This document shows positions 18,143-27,650 of a stretch of DNA of 32,000 nt, piece by piece. The stretch is taken from NCBI RefSeq assembly GCF_000621645.1, contig NZ_JHXR01000014.1:90001-122000 (forward strand). The letters run 5' to 3'. Each line of letters opens with the position of its first letter. Positions within the stretch are counted from its first letter, which is position 1. The stretch comes from Vibrio cholerae ATCC 14035. Its GTDB lineage: Bacteria; Pseudomonadota; Gammaproteobacteria; Enterobacterales; Vibrionaceae. The notes under the pieces are model-generated. The model did no database searches. It saw nothing but the letters and a program-made list of their open reading frames with translations, and was not told the origin of the DNA. The translations under genes and the position numbers were made by a program.

Positions 18143-19198
18143 CTATTTTGCATAGGGCAGCAAAAATAGGCCACGAGGGTTAAAGACTACATACGCGTGC
18201 TGAGTTAATGCGTGATTAAACTGCGCGGAATTGAGCTGTAACAGCAGTTCTTGATCGTGCCATTTTACGGTCACTTCATACATTGAACCCATATACGCTG
18301 ATTTGAGGATTTGGCAGACTTGGCTTTCGCTGCCTTGCGTATGCAAGGTGATCGCTTCCGGGCGCACACCAATTTGGTATTCACCAGTAGGCTTATTCCG
18401 CGTCACTTCTGGATCGGCATCAATTGCGTAGCCATGAATATGAATCTGCTGCCCGTCAAAATGGCCTTGGAACATATTGGCCTCACCCATAAAGTTCGCC
18501 ATAAACATCGACTTAGGCGCTTTATACAACTCTTGTGGCGTGCCAATTTGCATAATATCGCCCTGTTTCATCACGATAACGGTATCTGATACCGCAAAGG
18601 CTTCTGCCTGATCGTGCGTCACGTAGAGCGAGGTAATATCAAAACGCTGCTGCAGTTCGCGAATGGTTTCACGCATGCTGCGACGCAAGTTGGCATCTAA
18701 GTTACTCAACGGCTCATCAAATAGCAGTACCTTAGGTTTGAGCACCAAAGCCCGGGCAAGGGCAACACGTTGCTGCTGACCGCCGGAAATCTGGTCAACA
18801 TAGCGTTCACCCATTCCTTCGAGATCAACAATTTTAAGTGCTTCATCAACTCGCTGACGCACTTCTTCACTCGGTAACTTGAGCATTTTCAAGCCATAAG
18901 TCACGTTTTCGTACAGAGACATGTGCGGGAATAGGGCGTAAGACTGAAACACCATACAGATATCGCGTTGTTGGATGGAGCGTTCGGTGACATCTTCACC
19001 ATCGATGAAAATCTGCCCGCTGGTCGGTTTTTCTAAGCCAGCCACCAAACGTAAAACGGTGGTTTTCCCACAACCGGAAGGGCCAAGTAACGTAACCAAG
19101 CTGCCTTTTTTGATCTCAAGATCCAAGTTGCCAATCACGGTATTGCTACCAAAGCGTTTGCAGATGTTTTTGAGTACAACAAAGTTTTGTTTTTCCAC
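18143..19198 (-). CDS. afuC: ABC transporter ATP-binding subunit (FbpC/AfuC family). Probable hexose-6-phosphate importer ATPase. GTG start.
   Basis: Walker [10 protein letters not shown], signature [14 protein letters not shown], Walker [11 protein letters not shown] aggaga lies 7 nt before GTG 19198. Confidence 0.9.
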   Translation of the reverse strand: MEKQNFVVLKNICKRFGSNTVIGNLDLEIKKGSLVTLLGPSGCGKTTVLRLVAGLEKPTSGQIFIDGEDVTERSIQQRDICMVFQSYALFPHMSLYENVTYGLKMLKLPSEEVRQRVDEALKIVDLEGMGERYVDQISGGQQQRVALARALVLKPKVLLFDEPLSNLDANLRRSMRETIRELQQRFDITSLYVTHDQAEAFAVSDTVIVMKQGDIMQIGTPQELYKAPKSMFMANFMGEANMFQGHFDGQQIHIHGYAIDADPEVTRNKPTGEYQIGVRPEAITLHTQGSESQVCQILKSAYMGSMYEVTVKWHDQELLLQLNSAQFNHALTQHAYVVFNPRGLFLLPYAK

Positions 19199-19209
19199 GG
19201 TGATGTCTC

Positions 19210-21306
19210 CTAAGAATCTTGATTGGTGGCTTTGGAACGAGAAACACGAGCTTCACCGACCAGTAAATCAAACAACAAAATGATGGCTAACATCACGACA
19301 ATCAGCACGGAGCCGTAGGCGATAGCGATGCCGTACTCACCATCTTCGACTCGGTTCAGAATGTAGGACGTTGCAACGCGGGTTTCCGGTGTAACCAGAA
19401 AGATGATCGCACTGACCGTGGTCATCGCCCGCACAAAGCTGTACACCAGCGTGGAAAGAATCGCGGGGCGCAGCAGTGGCAAAATAATGTAGCGAATGGT
19501 TTGTAATGAGCTGGCACGTAAGCTCAGTGAAGCTTCATCCAATGATTTATCGAGCTGCCCGAGTCCTGCAATACCAGAGCGGATCCCCACAGGCACGTTA
19601 CGCATCACCATTGAGATCACCACAATTGCGGCGGTGCCAGTTAAATAAATCGGCGCATCGTTAAACGCCAAGATGTAGGAAACCCCTGCCACTGTACCGG
19701 GTACGGCAAAGCAGAGCATGGTGGAAAACTCGATCACTTTTTTGCCGTAGAACTGTTGTCTCACCACCACATAAGCAATCAATAAGCCGAACAGGGCAGT
19801 AATCGGAGCCGCCACACCCGCATAAATCATGGTAGTGATGAGTGAAGGCCAAGCACCATCAGACATGCCATTCCCAAACAGATTGAGGTAGTTTTTGAAG
19901 GTCAGGGTGTAATCGACGCCCCAGTTAACCGTAAAGCTGCCGAAGAAGATGCTGCCGTAGAGCAGAACGTTAAAGATCATCCACGCATATAAAGTTACAG
20001 TGACGCCCAATTTCAGTGAGGCTGGCATCTCTTGCACATCGCCGCGGTAGGCTTTACCAGAAATGGTGACGTAGGAACGCTGGCCGATCCACAGATACTG
20101 CACCACAAAAATCGCGAGTGAGAACAGCAGCAGAACCGAGCCGAGTGTACTGGCTGAAGCGTAATCCAGTTGCGCCCCTGCAATATAGAAATAGATTTGT
20201 GTTGCGAGCACATCAAAGCTGCCGCCCAGTACCAAGGGGTTACTGAAATCTGCCAATGATTGCACGAATATGATCAAAAATGAGTTGGCTAACGCGGGCT
20301 TAAGCAGCGGCATGATAATGCCGAAGAAGGTTTGATAGCGGTTGGCTTTAAGCGTATAGGAAGCCTCTTCCAATGAAGGATGCAGTGATTTAAGTGCGCC
20401 ATCCAAAATCATGAAGGACATAGGCGCAAACGCCAGCACTTGCGCGAGCCAAATGCCCGTGAAGCCGTACAACCAGTTGGTTTTCTGTAAACCAAACCCA
20501 TCGACCATCAACTCAGTGATATAACCTGAACGCCCCAGCATTAAAGTCACGCCCAACCCGACAATAAAGGGCGGTGTCACGATCGGTAAAATGGAAAACA
20601 CGCGCGCGATAAAGGCGGAGCGTTTAGCAATACGTGTGGTGTAAATGGCAAAAATCAGTCCGAAGAAGGTTGCACCAACACCTACCGCAATGCCGAGTGC
20701 AATCGAGTTGTAAATGACGGTGAGGGTATGAGATTGAGAAAGGATCGTCATGAACTGCCATGCCGTCCAGTTGCCCACGTCATCTTTAAACATCGGCAGG
20801 AAAATGGCGATGCTCGGATAAACAATAAAAATCACAATCAGCAGAATGATGCTGATCAGCGAGCCAATGACAAAATGGTCGCCACCGAGGTATTCCAAGC
20901 GGGCGAAGGCCAGCGTCATAATAGCACCAAGGGCAGTGAACAGAATGATGCTGGAATAACCCAATCCTTTGCCGCTTAGCCATGCGCTGAGCAAAATAGC
21001 CAGCATACAGAAGCCAGAATACGCAATGTCGAGATAGTGGCGGTTTGTGGACTGACGTCCCTGAGCTTGCCGAGGCCGAAAAGCCAGCAATAAAGGCAAA
21101 CTAAACCAGAACCAGGAAATGTTTGGTTCACTCCAACCCATGGCGGCATAAAATTCATCTGGAGTGGATTCAAATAGCCCATAATCCAGAGCAAAGGATG
21201 GCAGAAGAATAAAGCTAAACAGCACCGCAGCCAGCCAGTAAAAAACCGGATCGGTTTTGACTGGCTGGTGGAGTGTCAATTTCAGCGCTTGAGAAGGCTC
21301 ATGCAT
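19210..21306 (-). CDS. afuB: ABC transporter permease, fused two-domain type (FbpB/AfuB family), about 698 aa. The track opens at TTG 21312; ATG 21306 is preferred.
   Basis: About 12 TM segments in two duplicated permease halves. SD aagg lies before ATG 21306. Confidence 0.88.
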   Translation of the reverse strand: MHEPSQALKLTLHQPVKTDPVFYWLAAVLFSFILLPSFALDYGLFESTPDEFYAAMGWSEPNISWFWFSLPLLLAFRPRQAQGRQSTNRHYLDIAYSGFCMLAILLSAWLSGKGLGYSSIILFTALGAIMTLAFARLEYLGGDHFVIGSLISIILLIVIFIVYPSIAIFLPMFKDDVGNWTAWQFMTILSQSHTLTVIYNSIALGIAVGVGATFFGLIFAIYTTRIAKRSAFIARVFSILPIVTPPFIVGLGVTLMLGRSGYITELMVDGFGLQKTNWLYGFTGIWLAQVLAFAPMSFMILDGALKSLHPSLEEASYTLKANRYQTFFGIIMPLLKPALANSFLIIFVQSLADFSNPLVLGGSFDVLATQIYFYIAGAQLDYASASTLGSVLLLFSLAIFVVQYLWIGQRSYVTISGKAYRGDVQEMPASLKLGVTVTLYAWMIFNVLLYGSIFFGSFTVNWGVDYTLTFKNYLNLFGNGMSDGAWPSLITTMIYAGVAAPITALFGLLIAYVVVRQQFYGKKVIEFSTMLCFAVPGTVAGVSYILAFNDAPIYLTGTAAIVVISMVMRNVPVGIRSGIAGLGQLDKSLDEASLSLRASSLQTIRYIILPLLRPAILSTLVYSFVRAMTTVSAIIFLVTPETRVATSYILNRVEDGEYGIAIAYGSVLIVVMLAIILLFDLLVGEARVSRSKATNQDS

Positions 21307-21329
21307 GGTCAAACCTTAATATTGAGTCG

Positions 21330-21366
21330 CACTTAACCTGCCCGCAAGCTGTGAGCAGGCTAAGTG
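21330..21366 (-). other. Intercistronic stem-loop between the binding-protein and permease genes
   Basis: 12-bp stem 21330-21341 / 21355-21366. The single plus-strand A:C mismatch becomes a U:G wobble on the sense (minus) RNA. Loop of 13 nt. Confidence 0.5.
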
Positions 21367-21415
21367 TCATGAGAGAAATACCGCCACCGAGTGGAGGTGC
21401 GACTACGATTTCGGG

Positions 21416-22450
21416 TTAGTTACCCATTTTGATTTCGTTAACCCACTTGGTGATCAAACGCTTACGCTCATCAGAAGAGCCGTAGGCTTCCATATCGTAA
21501 TTGATCAGTTTGAGTGTTTTCGGATCGAGCGCATTCGGCGACTGTTCCGCTTGGGTGTTGGTCAAGATTTGGTAGGAATCACCTTGTTTCCATGCCACTT
21601 CTTGGCCTTCTTTTGAGAGTACCCAGTCAACAAATAGCTTGGCATTATCGAGGTTGCGCGCGCCTTTGATGATGCTCACGCCACCTAACTCATAACCTGT
21701 ACCTTCACAAGGAGAAATGAGCTCCAGCGGTGCACCTTTGGCTTGCTCCAGCGAGTAGTCATGCAGGAATCCAATACCAATCGCCACTTCACCACGTGCC
21801 GAGTTGCGTGATGGCGTCACCCCAGATTTGGTGTATTGAGAAACGTTTTTGTCGAGCTTTTTGAAATACTCAAATGCGGTGGGTTCATCCCAGAGCTGGA
21901 TGAAGGTTGCGAGTGCGGTATAAGCAGTGCCAGAGCTTTGTGGGTCGGAGATTTGAATTTCGCCTTTATATTCTGGTTTGGTCAAATCCGCCCAGCAACG
22001 CGGGATCGGAATGCCTTTTTGTGCCAAGCGTTCGGTGTTCACACCAAAGCCCAAAATGCCCATGTATACCGCAGAAGAGTAGTTACCTTTGCGTTTGGCA
22101 GGATCACGGAAACCTTCCATGATGTTGGCCAGTTCTGGGGATTGGTAAGCTTGGAGTAAGTCCATTTCACCCGCTTGTGATTGTGGGTCAAGCGTGCCGC
22201 CGTACCAAACATCCGCGCGTGGGTTGTTTTTCTCTGCATCAATTTTTGCGAGTGTACTGCCTGAACCGTTGCGTACAAAGGAGGTGTTCACATTGTATTT
22301 TTCAGCGAACGCTTTGGTTCCGGCTTCACACATCGCATTGGTTGCACTGCAGTAAACCACCAAACGGCCTTCCGCATGAACCAGCGGCGCAGTCATCATT
22401 GAACCAAGAACACTGAGTGCCAGCAGCGTGCGTTTTGCATTAACAATCAT
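21416..22450 (-). CDS. afuA: Periplasmic substrate-binding protein (FbpA/AfuA family), 344 aa. Probable hexose-6-phosphate binding protein.
   Basis: Signal peptide ..APLVHA-EG, a type II PBP fold family, first gene of the ABC operon, immediately downstream of uhpC. Confidence 0.88.
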   Translation of the reverse strand: MIVNAKRTLLALSVLGSMMTAPLVHAEGRLVVYCSATNAMCEAGTKAFAEKYNVNTSFVRNGSGSTLAKIDAEKNNPRADVWYGGTLDPQSQAGEMDLLQAYQSPELANIMEGFRDPAKRKGNYSSAVYMGILGFGVNTERLAQKGIPIPRCWADLTKPEYKGEIQISDPQSSGTAYTALATFIQLWDEPTAFEYFKKLDKNVSQYTKSGVTPSRNSARGEVAIGIGFLHDYSLEQAKGAPLELISPCEGTGYELGGVSIIKGARNLDNAKLFVDWVLSKEGQEVAWKQGDSYQILTNTQAEQSPNALDPKTLKLINYDMEAYGSSDERKRLITKWVNEIKMGN

Positions 22451-22487
22451 TGGGTTTTCCCTCTGGTTGATGCTCCCTTGTGTCCTT

Positions 22488-22512
22488 GTCAGGTCAGTAC
22501 TGCGTCAGGTCA
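22488..22512 (-). promoter_or_regulatory. Two exact 9-bp direct repeats (sense tgacctgac) spaced 16 bp apart, upstream of afuA. Candidate regulator box or 5' leader element.
   Basis: Plus-strand gtcaggtca at 22488-22496 and 22504-22512, flanking the palindrome cagtactg. The repeats lie 38-62 nt upstream of the afuA ATG. Confidence 0.3.
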
Positions 22513-22562
22513 TAAAGTGGAGCACAGTTACGTTATTGGATGGTAAAGATTGGTTATGTTTA

Positions 22563-23873
22563 TCACTCATCTTCCGTCACCGGTTGCTGAGCTTTTATAA
22601 AGGGCAGCAGTTGTAAACTGATCACGGCTGCTGCCGCAGTAATTAGGCAGAAGAAACCTTCCCAGCCCCATGCTTCAATAGCCAGTGACATGGGGTAGCT
22701 GGCTAACGCTGCACCGAGATAGCTAAATAGCCCAACAAATCCGGTCGCGGTGCCCGCCAAATCTTTCCTTGCGCATTCTGCGGCGGCCATACCAATCATC
22801 ATTTGCGGGCCGAAGACAAAAAATCCGATACAGAAGAAGCAGCCAGCCAAAAACCATAAATGATCGATAGGGGTTAGCCATAAGGCCGCAGCGGAGGCAA
22901 AAATGCCTAACGCAAAAATCAAATTCATCGGGGCGCGGTTGCCGCGAAAGTAATAGTCGGAACCCCAGCCACCAAGCAATGAGCCCAAAAATCCGCCCAC
23001 TTCAAACATGGCTACTGCGCTATTGGCACTGAGAATGTTGTACGCGTGCCGCTCAACCAGATAAAGCGATCCCCAGTCGTTAATGCCAATTCTGACCACG
23101 TACACCAGCAAGTAAGATCCACACAACAGCCAAATGTAGCGATTAGTCAGTACATAGCGATAAACCGCGACGCGGAAGGCGAGACCTTGGCCTTCTTTTT
23201 CGTGCTCGAGTTCGAGAGCATCACCGCGCCATTCACCGACCGAAGGCAACCCCATTTCGCTTGGCTTCTCTTGGATGCGATAACAGAGCCAAAGCCCAAC
23301 GAAGATCGCAACTCCGCCGGCAAACAAGAATCCGTAACGCCAGCCAAAGGATAAGCTGATAAAACCAATCACGATGGGGATCAATGCGCCACTTAAGTTG
23401 TGGCAAGTATTCCAAATTGACCACCAAAAGCCCCGTTCGCTACGTGAATACCAGTGGGTGAGCACCTTGGCACACGCAGGCCAGCCCCAGCCTTGAAAAA
23501 AAGCGTTCGCTGTCCATAACAAGGTAAAAGCCAGCAAGGACGAGCTAAAACCAAAAGCGATGTTGATGATGCCGGTAGCCATTAATCCCAACCCCATGAA
23601 ATAGCGCGAGCGGGAGCGGTCGATCATCAAACCAGAAACAAATTTAGACACCCCGTAAGTGAGGTAGAACAGCGTACCGAGAAAACCCAAATCGGAATAA
23701 TCGAGTCCTAACTCACTGAGCATTTGCGGCATCGCAAAGTTGAAGCTTTTACGAGTGAGATAGAACACGCCATAACCGACATACATGGAAATCATTAAAT
23801 GAATGCGCCAGTGGCGATAAGCCTGATCGATTTCCATTGCCTGAATGGGTTGCACCATAGGTACAATCTTCAT
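22563..23873 (-). CDS. uhpC: MFS sugar-phosphate sensor UhpC, 436 aa
   Basis: 12-TM organophosphate:Pi antiporter family protein, with UhpC-like size and position directly downstream of uhpB. Confidence 0.85.
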   Translation of the reverse strand: MKIVPMVQPIQAMEIDQAYRHWRIHLMISMYVGYGVFYLTRKSFNFAMPQMLSELGLDYSDLGFLGTLFYLTYGVSKFVSGLMIDRSRSRYFMGLGLMATGIINIAFGFSSSLLAFTLLWTANAFFQGWGWPACAKVLTHWYSRSERGFWWSIWNTCHNLSGALIPIVIGFISLSFGWRYGFLFAGGVAIFVGLWLCYRIQEKPSEMGLPSVGEWRGDALELEHEKEGQGLAFRVAVYRYVLTNRYIWLLCGSYLLVYVVRIGINDWGSLYLVERHAYNILSANSAVAMFEVGGFLGSLLGGWGSDYYFRGNRAPMNLIFALGIFASAAALWLTPIDHLWFLAGCFFCIGFFVFGPQMMIGMAAAECARKDLAGTATGFVGLFSYLGAALASYPMSLAIEAWGWEGFFCLITAAAAVISLQLLPFIKAQQPVTEDE

Positions 23874-23940
23874 ATTGCTTATCCTTATTGAGTTTCATCC
23901 TAATCAAGCGAGGTGGGAAAAACATGGGAAGGAGTTGTAT

Positions 23941-25524
23941 TCATCTAGGAATATTTCCTAGTTTTTCGCTGGTTATTGAGCGTTTTGTGGGTAAGTTAAC
24001 AATTATTCGCGTGCCAGTTTGGAAAGTGGATGAAGTCATCTTTAATTGACCGCCGAGTGCGGATACGCGCTCGCTCAATCCTTTTAAGCCTTGCCCACGC
24101 ACCCGCCAGTCGGTAGGCAAACCAATGCCATCGTCTTTGACTTCCAAAACCATTTCACTTCCCGGAAATAGGCTGATGTGTACGCGGGTGGCTTTGGCAT
24201 GTTTGCAAATGTTGTTCAGCAACTCCTGCACAATCCGATACAGAGTGACTCGCGTGGTATCGTCCAGCTTTTGCGGATTGACCCCCATATTGAGGCGAAC
24301 CGTCATACCTTGTTCGGCAAAACGCATTTCTTGCACCAGCTGACGAATGGCATGTTCTAACCCGAGTTCATCCAAAATGTGCGGGCGTAGTTGCTTTAAG
24401 AGCTGACGTGTGGATTGATGAATCCGCATGGCGAGCGACTGCACGCTGGAAGCTGCCTGTTTGGCTTGATCATTACTGGCTAAACGTTCAGCGAGCATGG
24501 ATTGAATTTGAATCGCGGTAATGTTTTGGCCAATCTCATCGTGCAGTTCACGGGCAACGGATTTGCGAATCTGCTCTTCTACAGAAACGAGCTGGCGCGC
24601 CAGATCTTGCTTTTCACGCAGCTCTTTGGCTAAGCGGGTGTTCATTTTTTGCAGCAATAAAGCGAGCTGATGCTGGCGGCTAATGGCGATACCCAATCCA
24701 AGCCCGACAAAAGCTTGGCTCGACATAAAAATCAGCAGCTCTTGATCCGAAGAGAATGAACCACTGAACTGGCGTGCCGTCGCTAGCAGAATGCAGTTTA
24801 AACTGCTCGCCAATACACCGCCTTGCCAGCCATAACGATAGGCAAGAAAAATCGTCGGGAGCAAGATGATCAATAGGGCAAACGGCTTCATCTGCTCAAG
24901 TAAGGTCAGCTCCGCCAGCAGTCCTAAGCTGAAAAACAGTAAGCTCCACATCAACATTTTCGGTTTAAGTTTCACATCGTGGTGAATCAGTTGTGGAGAA
25001 AGCGGATGCCATGTTTGGTGACGGAGATAGTCGGCCACCAGATACAAAAATGGGGTCAGCACAATGCCTCCCGTGAGCGAAGCGATACTCACGGTAATTA
25101 ACGTCTCCGCCTCCATGTGTAGCGGTTTCGCCAACAAGGTAAAAGTGATACCCACCAAAATAGTGTGCAGCAGCACCAGTGCCACAATCAGTAGCAACTT
25201 TTGCCAGTACAAATGTAATTTCGGCCAGTGTTGGCGGGCAATGACTGCGGCTAGCCAAACCACCCAAGGCATGAGCAGCATCAACGGGCTGGATTGGTCT
25301 GGAAGCAACACCAAGATCGCGCCAGCCAAAAGCATGTCACTCAGTAACCAAACCCAAGCATAGGTTGGGCGAGCTAACAAATAGACCGCCAAGCGTAAGC
25401 CTGTGGGAAAAAGTAAGTAGGCTTGGAGCGGATTGTGGCTCAAATATTGGCTGACATTCCATAGACTAAATTGGCTAATACTGTAGAGCACAAAAGCAAA
25501 AATCAGTGGAAACAGCTTGGCCAT
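23941..25524 (-). CDS. uhpB: Sensor histidine kinase UhpB, 527 aa
   Basis: Polytopic N-terminal domain, a HisKA_3 H-box ELHDEIGQNITAI and a C-terminal HATPase domain. Colinear with E. coli UhpB as recalled. Confidence 0.88.
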   Translation of the reverse strand: MAKLFPLIFAFVLYSISQFSLWNVSQYLSHNPLQAYLLFPTGLRLAVYLLARPTYAWVWLLSDMLLAGAILVLLPDQSSPLMLLMPWVVWLAAVIARQHWPKLHLYWQKLLLIVALVLLHTILVGITFTLLAKPLHMEAETLITVSIASLTGGIVLTPFLYLVADYLRHQTWHPLSPQLIHHDVKLKPKMLMWSLLFFSLGLLAELTLLEQMKPFALLIILLPTIFLAYRYGWQGGVLASSLNCILLATARQFSGSFSSDQELLIFMSSQAFVGLGLGIAISRQHQLALLLQKMNTRLAKELREKQDLARQLVSVEEQIRKSVARELHDEIGQNITAIQIQSMLAERLASNDQAKQAASSVQSLAMRIHQSTRQLLKQLRPHILDELGLEHAIRQLVQEMRFAEQGMTVRLNMGVNPQKLDDTTRVTLYRIVQELLNNICKHAKATRVHISLFPGSEMVLEVKDDGIGLPTDWRVRGQGLKGLSERVSALGGQLKMTSSTFQTGTRIIVNLPTKRSITSEKLGNIPR

Positions 25525-25526
25525 CG

Positions 25527-26153
25527 TTAACCTTCCACGAGCAGGTGGTGCTGCAAAGCAAAGCGGATCACATCCACGTTATTGGTTAGGTTTAATTTGC
25601 TCAAAATGTTGGCTCGGTGAACGTGAACGGTTTTATGGCTGAGAAACAGCGTTTGCGCGATCTCTTTCACCTCTTTGCCTTGTACCAATAAATCAAACAC
25701 TTCAACTTCACGCTTGGTAAGGTCGGCAAGCACATTATTGATATCGGGATTACTCAAATTGACCAAGGCATCGGCGCACAAATAGCGTCTGCCAGAGGCA
25801 ACGGTACGAATCGCACTCACTAGCTCGCTTGGGCCACAACGTTTTGAAAGATAACCTTGTGCTCCTGCATCCAAGGCTTTTTTCACAAATGAAGCCGAGT
25901 CATAAATACTGAGGATGATCGCTTTGAAACGCGGGTTATGTTGGCGCAGGCGCTCAAGCAGACTCAGTCCATTTTCATCCGGCATTGAAATATCGATGAT
26001 AGCGACATCGACTTCCGCTTGGGTGAGGGCATGAAAGGCCGCTTTTGCACTTTCGTACTCTCCTTGCACCCTAATATCTTGCTCAAGATTGAGTAGCTGA
26101 GCGAAGCCTGAACGTACAATCGTGTGGTCATCCACCAGCGCGATGGTAATCAT
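25527..26153 (-). CDS. uhpA: Response regulator UhpA (NarL/FixJ family). The track opens at GTG 26165; ATG 26153 is preferred.
   Basis: MITIALVDDHTIVRSGFAQLL closely parallels the E. coli UhpA N-terminus. REC domain DISMPD and a LuxR-type HTH. Its stop lies 2 nt from the uhpB ATG. Confidence 0.9.
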   Translation of the reverse strand: MITIALVDDHTIVRSGFAQLLNLEQDIRVQGEYESAKAAFHALTQAEVDVAIIDISMPDENGLSLLERLRQHNPRFKAIILSIYDSASFVKKALDAGAQGYLSKRCGPSELVSAIRTVASGRRYLCADALVNLSNPDINNVLADLTKREVEVFDLLVQGKEVKEIAQTLFLSHKTVHVHRANILSKLNLTNNVDVIRFALQHHLLVEG

Positions 26154-26311
26154 GATGTTTATCACCTAGTAAAATCAAATTCACAAAAGTGTAATATTTT
26201 TATTGTGCGATGGCTGCGACTTGTCGCACGAAGCATCACTGACAGGCAGAGTTGGTCATTTCGTTGGGCAAAATTGGGGTGGTCTACTACATTCTTATTA
26301 TGGGATGAGCA

Positions 26312-27607
26312 ATGAGATGGTCAGAAATAGGCTGCACTATGAAATCGGTAAATATCGAATGGAACGTCAATCTAAGGCAGGCATTTTTTTGTATCGCAAG
26401 AGCGCTCGACTCGGTCGGTGTGGATGATATCAATCACGGGCATCGTGTCGGTTATATGGCCTATTCTTGTGCTCAAGCCATGGAGTGGAGCGAAGAGGAG
26501 TGTCAACTGGTGTTTGCGCTGGGTTTGATTCATGACTGTGGCGTGGCTCAGAAGCGTGATTTCTATCGTTTACTCGAAAATATGCAACCCGACAATACCC
26601 AGCAGCATTGCGTGCGAGGCAATGAGTTGCTGTCGAATTGTCCACCGCTTGCGCCGTTTGCGGATGCGATTTTGTACCACCATACGCCTTGGGATGAGCT
26701 GAAAAATATTGCTATTTCGGATCGAAACAAACGGTTCGCGGCGTTGATTTTTTTAGCGGATAGAGTGGATTACCTTAAAGAGCTCTATCCAAGAGATGAG
26801 TATGGCAATGTGACTCAGGAAGCTCGTAATCAAGTCTGTTTAGAAATTGGTCGATTGAGCGGAAGCTTGTTCGAGCGTGACTTGGTACGCACCATGCAAC
26901 ATTTGCTGAGTAAAGAGTTCATCTGGTTTTCAATGGAGCATCATCATATTGAAGCGATGGGTCACAATTTGCCACCCACCCCATTTTTTGAGCAGAAGTT
27001 GGGGGTGGAAGAGATCATGTCTATCGCGATGTTAATGGCAAACGTGGTGGATGCGAAAAGCCAGTTCACTTTTCAGCATTCGCAAAAAGTAGCAGAGCTC
27101 TGTCAGCACTTAGCGAAAGAGCTGGGGCTAAACGTGGAGATGCAAAAAGCCCTTTACCTGACAGGATTGGTTCACGATATCGGCAAGCTGCACACCCCAG
27201 AAGAGATCTTGCATAAACCCGGTAAACTCAACGAGAGCGAGTATCTTTGTATTCAACGCCATTCGACCGATTCTCGTTATACCTTGCAAATGGTGTTTGG
27301 CCAGTCTGTGGTGTGTGAGTGGGCAGGAAACCACCATGAGCGTTTAGATGGTTCGGGTTACCCAAGAGGACTCCAAGGATCGGCGATTGATCTGCCTTCA
27401 CGGATCATTGCGATTGCGGATGTGTTTCAGGCGCTTACCCAAGCAAGGCCATATCGCGGCAGCATGTCGCTCAACGAGGTGATGAATATCATGCGTCACG
27501 AAGTGAGTTGTGGTCGGTTAGATAGCCAAGTGTTTGATGTGATTGTGCGCAATAGCCAGAAATATTATCAGCTCTCGATAGCGGAAAGCTCAACCGAATG
27601 GGCATAA
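26312..27607 (+). CDS. Tandem HD-like plus HD-GYP cyclic-dinucleotide phosphodiesterase, 431 aa. An alternative start is at 26339.
   Basis: The C-terminal domain has HDIGK and HHERLDGSGYPRGL. The N-terminal half has a second HD-type motif set (HGHRVGY...LIHDCG...YHHTPW). Confidence 0.88.
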   Translation: MRWSEIGCTMKSVNIEWNVNLRQAFFCIARALDSVGVDDINHGHRVGYMAYSCAQAMEWSEEECQLVFALGLIHDCGVAQKRDFYRLLENMQPDNTQQHCVRGNELLSNCPPLAPFADAILYHHTPWDELKNIAISDRNKRFAALIFLADRVDYLKELYPRDEYGNVTQEARNQVCLEIGRLSGSLFERDLVRTMQHLLSKEFIWFSMEHHHIEAMGHNLPPTPFFEQKLGVEEIMSIAMLMANVVDAKSQFTFQHSQKVAELCQHLAKELGLNVEMQKALYLTGLVHDIGKLHTPEEILHKPGKLNESEYLCIQRHSTDSRYTLQMVFGQSVVCEWAGNHHERLDGSGYPRGLQGSAIDLPSRIIAIADVFQALTQARPYRGSMSLNEVMNIMRHEVSCGRLDSQVFDVIVRNSQKYYQLSIAESSTEWA

Positions 27608-27640
27608 AAAATCCGGTGCGAATAGCACCGGATTTTCTCT
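27606..27640. terminator. Bidirectional Rho-independent terminator shared by the HD-GYP gene and the nap operon
   Basis: Stem atccggtgc (27611-27619) / gcaccggat (27625-27633), loop gaata. A-run on the left and T-run on the right. Confidence 0.8.
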
Positions 27641-27650
27641 CTCGGCATTC

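Noticed and set aside
18143-22450. Functional label 'ferric iron ABC transporter' for the three ABC genes
   Set aside because: The family assignment is correct. However, the position immediately downstream of uhpABC and the published evidence for this family and cluster point to hexose-6-phosphate uptake. I saw no Fur-box-like sequence in the upstream spacer.
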